A DNA stretch of 64,000 bases, from the IMG/VR virus record IMGVR_UViG_2541047543_000003; one strand, 5' to 3'. This DNA comes from a virus. Taxonomy: Duplodnaviria > Heunggongvirae > Uroviricota > Caudoviricetes. The position numbers and the translations under genes are program-made. Positions 49,861-56,330 of this stretch are shown here, piece by piece. How positions within the stretch are numbered: position 1 is the stretch's first letter; every line of letters starts with the position of its first letter. The notes beneath the pieces were generated by a model. The model was given only the letters and a program-made list of their open reading frames with translations. It searched no databases and was not told the DNA's origin.

Positions 49861-49937
49861 TGGCGGGTGATCTAGGACTTGAACCTAGCACCTGTTGGTT
49901 AACAGCCAACCGCTCTAACCAGATGAGCTAATCACCC
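49861..49937 (-). tRNA. tRNA-Asn(GTT)
   Basis: GTTGG-CTGTTAA-CCAAC, G73. Confidence 0.95.
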
Positions 49938-49943
49938 TAAATC

Positions 49944-50019
49944 TGGAGCCTAGAGGCGGAATCGAACCCCCGACCTGCTCATTACAAGTGAGCTGCTCTC
50001 CCAACTGAGCTATCTAGGC
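49944..50019 (-). tRNA. tRNA-Thr(TGT)
   Basis: Near-identical to 49669. Confidence 0.95.
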
Positions 50020-50020
50020 A

Positions 50021-50097
50021 TGGTTCCCCTTGCTGGACTTGAACCAGCGACCACATGATTAAAAGTCACATGCTCTAACCAACTGAGCTAAAGAGGA
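50021..50097 (-). tRNA. tRNA-Lys(TTT) type A
   Basis: TGTGA-CTTTTAA-TCATG. Confidence 0.93.
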
Positions 50098-50135
50098 ATT
50101 ATTTCTGAAGCACTCTCGTAAAAGCGCTTGAGAAA

Positions 50136-50211
50136 TGGCACTGCCAACGAGGATCGAACTCGTGTTACAAGCTTGAAAGGCTTGTGTCCTAACCAACTAG
50201 ACGATAGCAGC
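50136..50211 (-). tRNA. tRNA-Glu(TTC)
   Basis: CAAGC-CTTTCAA-GCTTG, G73. Confidence 0.93.
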
Positions 50212-50215
50212 GCAA

Positions 50216-50292
50216 TGGTGTGTCGGGCAGGAATCGAACCTGCGACCTACGGGTTAAAAGCCCGTTGCTCTAACCTACTGAGCTAACGACAC
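50216..50292 (-). tRNA. tRNA-Lys(TTT) type B
   Basis: ACGGG-CTTTTAA-CCCGT. Confidence 0.95.
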
Positions 50293-50296
50293 AAAG

Positions 50297-50373
50297 TGGC
50301 GGGTGATCTAGGACTTGAACCTAGCACCTGTTGGTTAACAGCCAACTGCTCTAACCAGATGAGCTAATCACCC
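50297..50373 (-). tRNA. tRNA-Asn(GTT)
   Basis: Copy of the Asn gene. Confidence 0.95.
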
Positions 50374-50379
50374 TAAGTT

Positions 50380-50456
50380 TGGTTCCACCTGCTGGACTTG
50401 AACCAGCGACCACATGATTAAAAGTCACATGCTCTAACCAACTGAGCTAAAGAGGA
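50380..50456 (-). tRNA. tRNA-Lys(TTT), chimeric 3' acceptor strand from tRNA-Ile
   Basis: 5' TCCTCTT with 3' AGGTGGA gives a U4:U69 mismatch. Confidence 0.85.
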
Positions 50457-50494
50457 ATTATTTCTAAAGCACTCTCGTAAAAGCACTTTAGAAA

Positions 50495-50570
50495 TGGCAC
50501 TGCCAACGAGGATCGAACTCGTGTTACAAGCTTGAAAGGCTTGTGTCCTAACCAACTAGACGATAGCAGC
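50495..50570 (-). tRNA. tRNA-Glu(TTC)
   Basis: Copy of the Glu gene. Confidence 0.93.
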
Positions 50571-50574
50571 GCAA

Positions 50575-50651
50575 TGGTGTGTCGGGCAGGAATCGAACCT
50601 GCGACCTACGGGTTAAAAGCCCGTTGCTCTAGCCTACTGAGCTAACGACAC
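50575..50651 (-). tRNA. tRNA-Lys(TTT) type B
   Basis: Copy with one D-loop change. Confidence 0.93.
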
Positions 50652-50655
50652 AAAG

Positions 50656-50732
50656 TGGCGGGTGATCTAGGACTTGAACCTAGCACCTGTTGGTTAACAG
50701 CCAACTGCTCTAACCAGATGAGCTAATCACCC
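50656..50732 (-). tRNA. tRNA-Asn(GTT)
   Basis: Copy of the Asn gene. Confidence 0.95.
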
Positions 50733-50738
50733 TAAGTT

Positions 50739-50814
50739 TGGTTCCACCTGCTGGACTTGAACCAGCGACCTTACCCTTATCAGGGGTATGCTCTACCAAC
50801 TGAGCTAAGGCAGA
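50739..50814 (-). tRNA. tRNA-Ile(GAT)
   Basis: TACCC-CTGATAA-GGGTA. Confidence 0.93.
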
Positions 50815-50821
50815 ATTAAAA

Positions 50822-50897
50822 TGGCGGAGATGACGGGGATTGAACCCGCGACCTCTTGCGTGACAGGCAAGCGTCATAACCACTAGACTACATCTCC
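50822..50897 (-). tRNA. tRNA-Asp(GTC)
   Basis: CTTGC-CTGTCAC-GCAAG, G73. Confidence 0.95.
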
Positions 50898-50902
50898 AAA
50901 TG

Positions 50903-50978
50903 TGGAGCACTGTGGCAGATTTGAACTGCCGAATAATGGATTTGCAATCCACCCTCTTAACCACTTGAGTAACAGTGC
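50903..50978 (-). tRNA. tRNA-Cys(GCA)
   Basis: GTGGA-TTGCAAA-TCCAT, U73. Confidence 0.93.
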
Positions 50979-50979
50979 A

Positions 50980-51055
50980 TGGTGCATCCTACTGGTCTCG
51001 AACCAGTGACCTCTTCTTTGTAAGAGAAGCGCTCTCCCAACTGAGCTAAGGACGC
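50980..51055 (-). tRNA. tRNA-Val(TAC)
   Basis: CTTCT-CTTACAA-AGAAG. Confidence 0.95.
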
Positions 51056-51060
51056 GTAAC

Positions 51061-51136
51061 TGGTGGAGGCAAAGGGAATCGAACCCTCGACAACTGACTT
51101 GCAAAGCCAGCACTCTACCTACTGAGTTATACCCCC
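51061..51136 (-). tRNA. tRNA-Ala(TGC)
   Basis: CTGGC-TTTGCAA-GTCAG, G3:U70. Confidence 0.95.
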
Positions 51137-51140
51137 AAAA

Positions 51141-51216
51141 TGGTGCCTCGAAGTGGAGTTGAACCACTGACGCGAAGATCTTCAATCTTCCGCTCTACCA
51201 ACTGAGCTACCGAGAC
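51141..51216 (-). tRNA. tRNA-Phe(GAA)
   Basis: GAAGA-TTGAAGA-TCTTC, CCA end. Confidence 0.95.
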
Positions 51217-51220
51217 AAAT

Positions 51221-51296
51221 TGGATGCGAGAGAGGGAATCGAACCCCCGACCTCCAGGATATGAACCTGGCAAGCTAACCGCTGCTCTATCTCGCA
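51221..51296 (-). tRNA. tRNA-Met(CAT), initiator-like
   Basis: As 49507 but U1:A72 paired. Confidence 0.88.
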
Positions 51297-51299
51297 AAC

Positions 51300-51376
51300 T
51301 GGTGGAGATGGAGAGAATTGAACTCCCGACATGCAGCCTATGAAACCGCCGCTCTAACCAACTGAGCTACATCTCC
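51300..51376 (-). tRNA. tRNA(CAT), elongator Met or Ile2
   Basis: Copy of 49586. Confidence 0.85.
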
Positions 51377-51382
51377 AAAATA

Positions 51383-51458
51383 TGGAGCCTAGAGGCGGAT
51401 TCGAACCCCCGACCTGCTCATTACAAGTGAGCTGCTCTCCCAACTGAGCTATCTAGGC
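51383..51458 (-). tRNA. tRNA-Thr(TGT)
   Basis: Copy of the Thr gene. Confidence 0.95.
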
Positions 51459-51459
51459 A

Positions 51460-51536
51460 TGGTTCCCCTTGCTGGACTTGAACCAGCGACCACATGATTA
51501 AAAGTCACATGCTCTAACCAACTGAGCTAAAGAGGA
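51460..51536 (-). tRNA. tRNA-Lys(TTT) type A
   Basis: Copy of 50021. Confidence 0.93.
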
Positions 51537-51574
51537 ATTATTTCTGAAGCACTCTCGTAAAAGCACTTGAGAAA

Positions 51575-51650
51575 TGGCACTGCCAACGAGGATCGAACTC
51601 GTGTTACAAGCTTGAAAGGCTTGTGTCCTAACCAACTAGACGATAGCAGC
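51575..51650 (-). tRNA. tRNA-Glu(TTC)
   Basis: Copy of the Glu gene. Confidence 0.93.
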
Positions 51651-51654
51651 GCAA

Positions 51655-51731
51655 TGGTGTGTCGGGCAGGAATCGAACCTGCGACCTACGGGTTAAAAGC
51701 CCGTTGCTCTAACCTACTGAGCTAACGACAC
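51655..51731 (-). tRNA. tRNA-Lys(TTT) type B
   Basis: Copy of 50216. Confidence 0.95.
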
Positions 51732-51735
51732 AAAG

Positions 51736-51812
51736 TGGCGGGTGATCTAGGACTTGAACCTAGCACCTGTTGGTTAACAGCCAACTGCTCTAACCAGATG
51801 AGCTAATCACCC
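51736..51812 (-). tRNA. tRNA-Asn(GTT), first gene of the array
   Basis: GTTGG-CTGTTAA-CCAAC. Confidence 0.95.
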
Positions 51813-52008
51813 ATAATTTATAAGACAACTAAAATCTAATTGCCTTATAAATTATTTTTATCTCTAAAAATAATTCAAGGTCGCCTTGGTTGCAAATCAA
51901 ACTATTCCATTAAATTTGGGTGAAATGGTGTTGATTTAGCGACCTAACCCGAATCAAGATTACAAACATTTATATTTATATTCTCAATCCGAATTTTACA
52001 ATCCAAGT

Positions 52009-52020
52009 TGTTAAAGAACA
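52009..52020 (-). promoter_or_regulatory. boxA-like antitermination element
   Basis: TGTTCTTTAACA on the minus strand, one mismatch to rrn boxA TGCTCTTTAACA, directly after the attenuator U-tract. Confidence 0.65.
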
Positions 52021-52115
52021 AAAAAGCCCAGTGAAACTTAAGGAAGTCTCACTGGGCTAATCATAGCTTATGTGTAGTTTGAGACTTCCGCCTCAACCAC
52101 TTTTAAGTATGAGGC
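52020..52115 (-). terminator. attenuator B (proximal): mutually exclusive hairpins plus intrinsic terminator
   Basis: S1 GCCTCA 52110-52115; S2 TTGAGGC 52090-52096; S3 GGAAGTCTCA 52080-52089; antiterminator partner TGAGACTTCC 52042-52051; 13-bp terminator with U-tract 52020-52058. Confidence 0.85.
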
Positions 52116-52118
52116 AAA

Positions 52119-52244
52119 TCAAGTTGTAATTTCGATCTTATTATCCACGTTCATTTTTTTCGCACAGCAAATATCAGCCGCAATTGCGTTAAACATCGCA
52201 TCGCACTTCTCAATTTTTACTGTCGTAAATGTCGTGATAAACAT
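52119..52244 (-). CDS. leader peptide B, 41 aa: MFITTFTTVKIEKCDAMFNAIAADICCAKKMNVDNKIEITT
   Basis: RBS AGGATTTTATT-ATG; uses exactly the 11 amino acids of the downstream tRNA array; stop codon directly before attenuator B. Confidence 0.85.
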   Translation of the reverse strand: MFITTFTTVKIEKCDAMFNAIAADICCAKKMNVDNKIEITT

Positions 52245-52276
52245 AATAAAATCCTGATAAATGGTTTTTTTAATAC

Positions 52277-52369
52277 AAAAAAGTCAGCTTAGCTATCGCC
52301 TCGCTGACTCTATACAAGAAAATCTTGAAATCTTTGAGGCAACCCTCAAAGATACAAATATCCTGAAGG
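52277..52369 (-). terminator. attenuator A (distal)
   Basis: S1 CCTTCAGGATA 52359-52369; S2 TATCTTTGAGG 52344-52354; S3 TTGCCTCAAAGA 52331-52342; terminator AGTCAGC..GCTGACT plus U-tract 52277-52309 containing GAGGCGA, complementary to S3. Confidence 0.75.
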
Positions 52370-52370
52370 T

Positions 52371-52475
52371 TTAAATATTGTTTTTACAGTCAAATTTCTT
52401 GTCTGTATTCTTCTCACAGGCAAACATATTGTCTGTGTTTGTTTCAATCGTATTTTTAGCGATGATGATAAACAT
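52371..52475 (-). CDS. leader peptide A, 34 aa: MFIIIAKNTIETNTDNMFACEKNTDKKFDCKNNI
   Basis: CAGGT RBS; uses only 10 of the 11 array amino acids and none outside that set. Confidence 0.8.
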   Translation of the reverse strand: MFIIIAKNTIETNTDNMFACEKNTDKKFDCKNNI

Positions 52476-52535
52476 AACATTACCTGTGAGTTAAAAAGTA
52501 GTTTAAGTGTTAGGCTCTTGCCTTCCGATGAGTTA

Positions 52536-52565
52536 ATAATAAACCTAAATGTTTTTTCAAGTCAA
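52536..52565 (-). promoter_or_regulatory. sigma70-type promoter of the leader A / leader B / tRNA array transcript
   Basis: TTGACT-18-TATTAT on the minus strand. Confidence 0.55.
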
Positions 52566-52641
52566 CACTTAATTTTATCTTTTTTATGTTTTTTTGGTTA
52601 AAAAAAGAAAGAGGGCTTAAAAACCCTCTTTATTCAATCAC

Positions 52642-53742
52642 TTACAAAACTTTATTTTTTGCGTTTTTTTCACCAAACTTATAGTTTTTCAACTTGAAGT
52701 TGTTTTGTAGTCGCTCTTCCAACACTCCCTCGTCATTAAAAACTAACTCTTTCCCTTCATAATACCAGGTAGATGTTCCACCTATTGGTTGAGAAAGATC
52801 ATATTTAACCGATGGGTCAAACAACTTATAAGGATTAAATCTGGTAGATTTTGAATGCTCAGTGCGGTCAAATTGATAGTTGTATTCTACTCTTTCTGGC
52901 GCACCTAGAGAAAGAAACACTTCAACCTTGTTCATACCATAATTAATTTCGCTAGACTTAATGCTGGAGTGGTGAGCCTTATGGACTAAAGGAGACTTCA
53001 ACGGATCTTTGTATACAATTCTATTGATATCAAAAGGAACATTTACCCTTTCACCATCGTCAAGCCTAACCACAAAACTAAACTGTGATTCATCTAATCC
53101 ATACCCCGTATTTAACGAGTAATCAATTTTTTCAACTTTTAGGGGTTGGTTATGCGGTACTCTAATGGTATCAGAGCTGTTCGTTCCATATACTGAGGTA
53201 TTTGTTTTATCAGCTCCTCGCCCTAAGACATAAATCGCCTTACCCGCATGTTCTTCAGCGGCTTTCAAGTCTGAATTATGGATTAACTGTAGTTGTGATT
53301 GCATTTGTCTAAATGGAAAAACACCATCCCTATCATCATTATTCTTATCAAATACTGATGCAAAATTTCCGAATTCAGGAATAACCACTTCAATGGATTT
53401 ACAATTATCCAAAACACCAGAATAAACACGATAGTGTCTAAGCTTACCAGGCTCATTAGGATCTTCATCTGTTTTTTGAATAAAACTAGTTGTATCGATT
53501 TTTAAATCACGACCATAAATATCTGATTCGGTTAGAGGTGTCTTTTGATATCTTTCATACAAGTATGAATAAGAGTCTTGAGGAAGATTATTCATTCTAT
53601 TATTGAACTTGAGTTCGGCAGAGACATTCCCCGCTTCGAACTCAAGCCCACGAATAACTTTGTAATTGCATTCGCTTGCGAATGCTGTAGATGAGATGAC
53701 GCCAATAGCTAGGGCTATAGTCGTTTTCAGAAATTTATTCAT
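52642..53742 (-). CDS. secreted hypothetical protein
   Basis: Signal peptide ...STAFA; C-terminal GMNKVEVFLSLGAPERV...WYY (SmpA/BamE-like pattern). Confidence 0.7.
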   Translation of the reverse strand: MNKFLKTTIALAIGVISSTAFASECNYKVIRGLEFEAGNVSAELKFNNRMNNLPQDSYSYLYERYQKTPLTESDIYGRDLKIDTTSFIQKTDEDPNEPGKLRHYRVYSGVLDNCKSIEVVIPEFGNFASVFDKNNDDRDGVFPFRQMQSQLQLIHNSDLKAAEEHAGKAIYVLGRGADKTNTSVYGTNSSDTIRVPHNQPLKVEKIDYSLNTGYGLDESQFSFVVRLDDGERVNVPFDINRIVYKDPLKSPLVHKAHHSSIKSSEINYGMNKVEVFLSLGAPERVEYNYQFDRTEHSKSTRFNPYKLFDPSVKYDLSQPIGGTSTWYYEGKELVFNDEGVLEERLQNNFKLKNYKFGEKNAKNKVL

Positions 53743-53800
53743 TGAATTACCCGTTTATTATTAATTTGAGTAATATAATGGCATAAATAAACTTCCAATT

Positions 53801-54607
53801 CTAGGAATTAATAACCAACTCTATTCTTTTTTGCATATCTAAAGAAACGTTGATGCCGTTACACTGTAACATGTTCATCATATCTCTGATTAGCAATACC
53901 GCATCACTTTCCACCTTGTCTGAAGATGTAATAACTTCACTATCAATCTCAGTATCAGGAGAAAGGTCTGTTACGGTACAGGAGAAAGCTGTAGCAAGCT
54001 TAATTAGTAATTCATTATTTACAGGAGCTTTACCATTAATAATTTGGGAGAAACCCGCTTGCGTTTTGAGTCCAAGCTTTGACTGACAGAATTCTTGTTG
54101 AGTCATACCTGTCATATCTTGGTATTCCTGCCATCTCATTTTAATGTTTTTAGCTACCTTTTTCATTTTTTCTGAGCTTAAACCACATTCACTTGAGCGC
54201 TTTTCTTTTAAGAAGCTTTTAAACTCTGCATGATTGAAATCATACTTGATCATTTGAGGCTCAACATCCAGTCCAGAAGCAATTTTATCAATTACACTAT
54301 CACCGAGCGGAAGTGTGCCTTTTAAATAGGCTGAGAAGTTTGAAGTAGTAGTCCAACCAATGCTTTTACAAAAAGTGCTACGTGTAATATTTTCCCTTTC
54401 TGAATATTGCTCCCAAAGAAGATTTAAGCTTTCTCTGGCTTTATCCTGAATTTTTGATTCAATAAGTGACGCTGAATCAGACTTACTCAGGTACAATGCA
54501 TTTAAGATAGAGTCTACTGAACGATTTGTAGACATTTTATTCTCTTTTATTAGAAAATCTTTTACTTCACCACTTTGTATTGCTAAAGCTTTCATTAAAT
54601 TCACCAA
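53801..54607 (-). CDS. transcriptional regulator with two Cro/CI-like HTH domains
   Basis: ITRSTFCKSIGWTTTSNFSAYLKG...KIASGL and MTQQEFCQSKLGLKTQAGFSQIING...KLATAF. Confidence 0.75.
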   Translation of the reverse strand: MVNLMKALAIQSGEVKDFLIKENKMSTNRSVDSILNALYLSKSDSASLIESKIQDKARESLNLLWEQYSERENITRSTFCKSIGWTTTSNFSAYLKGTLPLGDSVIDKIASGLDVEPQMIKYDFNHAEFKSFLKEKRSSECGLSSEKMKKVAKNIKMRWQEYQDMTGMTQQEFCQSKLGLKTQAGFSQIINGKAPVNNELLIKLATAFSCTVTDLSPDTEIDSEVITSSDKVESDAVLLIRDMMNMLQCNGINVSLDMQKRIELVINS

Positions 54608-54670
54608 TCTCTTTAATTAATTAATTAATTAATAAATATTTATTCGTTATTCATTTTAAATTTTTGGGGG

Positions 54671-55135
54671 TTAGTACGGTAGATCGTCTTTGTATTCGAA
54701 CATATTCTCCCCATCTCTCAACGGGTTTTGTTGTTGATATTCTCGATAGTCAGATTGCTGAGTCTGGTATCGTTGCTGTTGCCCTGCTGTATTGCGTAGT
54801 GCTTTTGATTCATTAATGTATTTAGCACCAAGAACAACTTTCATATCAATTTGGTTGCAAGAAAATCCAAGACCTACAAATATATCTGTATTTATTAAGT
54901 AATGCTTTCCAGATAGTGTGACAATGGCACCTATCCCTATAAGCCCTTCTTTTATTACGTTTTCAAGGCTATTTCTGTTCGGAGAAAAAATATTGCACTG
55001 ATACCATTGATCTACAGACCGACCATTAATGAAGTCATTGACACAAACTGGAACTTTTATAAAGTATCCATTTTTCCCTTGTTTTATTTCTGGGTGCTTT
55101 CCAATTCTACCTAATATTACTGTATTCTGAGACAT
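54671..55135 (-). CDS. ssb: single-stranded DNA-binding protein-like
   Basis: VILGRIGKHPEIK, QWYQC, GAIVTLSGK; Q-rich linker; acidic tip YKDDLPY. Confidence 0.7.
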   Translation of the reverse strand: MSQNTVILGRIGKHPEIKQGKNGYFIKVPVCVNDFINGRSVDQWYQCNIFSPNRNSLENVIKEGLIGIGAIVTLSGKHYLINTDIFVGLGFSCNQIDMKVVLGAKYINESKALRNTAGQQQRYQTQQSDYREYQQQNPLRDGENMFEYKDDLPY

Positions 55136-55434
55136 TAATTACCTACTGCATTAACTAATTGTAATTTAATTGGCTCATGTTTCTCTTCAATCTTTTGGAT
55201 TTCACTAATCATGCTAAGAAGCTCAACAGATTCACTTCTTAAGGTTTTAGGTACACCTTTAGATTGAATAAGTAGGTTTTTAATTAAATCAGAAGATTCA
55301 ACCAACAGGTCATTAAAAAGCTGAGCCTTTTCACTATCAGTTAATAATGATAAAAAATTGCCTATTTCATTGATGCTGGCTTTACCTGAGTTAGTCTCAG
55401 AGATGCTGCTCACTAGCCTTAACTTATTGTCCAT
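55135..55434 (-). CDS. hypothetical protein
   Basis: 99-aa ORF coupled to the ssb-like gene. Confidence 0.6.
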   Translation of the reverse strand: MDNKLRLVSSISETNSGKASINEIGNFLSLLTDSEKAQLFNDLLVESSDLIKNLLIQSKGVPKTLRSESVELLSMISEIQKIEEKHEPIKLQLVNAVGN

Positions 55435-55591
55435 ATTAAATATTTACTTTGATTTTTTGATGCTTTAGAGCATTATAACGAGATAAATATTTTCTGCAAC
55501 CCCCTGATATAAAAATTATTATATGCATTCTTGTGCTCAGTATACATAAAATGATAAAATATAATCAGTTAAACAATAATAAAGGCAAAAA

Positions 55592-56287
55592 ATGATGACA
55601 AGCTCAAAAAACACAATCATAGCTAAGCTAAGCACCACGCAATCAAACGTGAGAAGTGTTCGTATCAATGTGCATCCAAAATACAATGAGACAGACTCTG
55701 GATATCCAATAACGATTTACGAAACGCTAAACAGTAGAAATCTACCACCACAGAAAGCATTTCTAAATCTTAAGGTTGGAGGAAAGGATCAATGGCTATC
55801 TATTAGCACATCAGCTCGCGCAACAAATGAGAATGGTGAGTACAAGCTAGCACCAAAGAGGAATGAACAAGGCTGTCTTGTAAATAGAAAAGGCGATGTT
55901 GTTCAAACTGAAGAAGAAGCAGCAAGATCTTTTATTTATGAAAAAGAAGATGGTCGTAGCTTTAACATAGAGCTAGGTACATTATCTATTCAAAATACAA
56001 ACTCTGAGGGTCAGCAGACCAAATGCACTCTGATTAAAGCTAAACTTTACAGCGATAAAGAAGCTATTGCTATCCGACAAATGATGAAGGAAGCTAAAAA
56101 TGCTCCTGAAGAGTACAGGCAGGCGCAATATGATAAGATTTCCGATTACAAGCGTAATCATGGTGACTGGAAAACCTTATTTATTTCAGAAGGTCATGAT
56201 TTCCTGAGAGGTTTAGGGTTTGAAGTAAGAGAAAACGTTCCTAAAAACCAACCTGGTAATGACTATAAAGATGACATTCCCTTCTAA
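55592..56287 (+). CDS. hypothetical protein with SSB-type C-terminal tip
   Basis: Ends NDYKDDIPF. Confidence 0.75.
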   Translation: MMTSSKNTIIAKLSTTQSNVRSVRINVHPKYNETDSGYPITIYETLNSRNLPPQKAFLNLKVGGKDQWLSISTSARATNENGEYKLAPKRNEQGCLVNRKGDVVQTEEEAARSFIYEKEDGRSFNIELGTLSIQNTNSEGQQTKCTLIKAKLYSDKEAIAIRQMMKEAKNAPEEYRQAQYDKISDYKRNHGDWKTLFISEGHDFLRGLGFEVRENVPKNQPGNDYKDDIPF

Positions 56288-56330
56288 TGATTATTATAGC
56301 GAATAAAAAAAGACTGCATTGCAGTCTTTT

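Larger units (their letters stand above)
49426..51812 (-). repeat. 28-gene tRNA array built from duplicated blocks
   Basis: Asn-Lys-Glu-spacer-Lys block recurs (359-bp offset 50297/50656); Thr-Met-fMet-Phe block recurs at 51141-51458 and 49426-49744. Confidence 0.92.

Noticed and set aside
49400-51185. ORF-track ORFs 49400-49618, 50710-50964 and 50883-51185
   Set aside because: They are read-throughs of tRNA genes, not proteins.
49426-51812. CRISPR-like repeat pattern
   Set aside because: The repeats are tRNA genes and spacer hairpins; there are no unique spacers and no cas genes.
52346-52480. Alternative frame from ATG 52480 over leader A
   Set aside because: Ordinary composition, runs through the attenuator hairpins, and sits too close to the RBS. 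The ATG 52475 frame fits better, but this is not proven.
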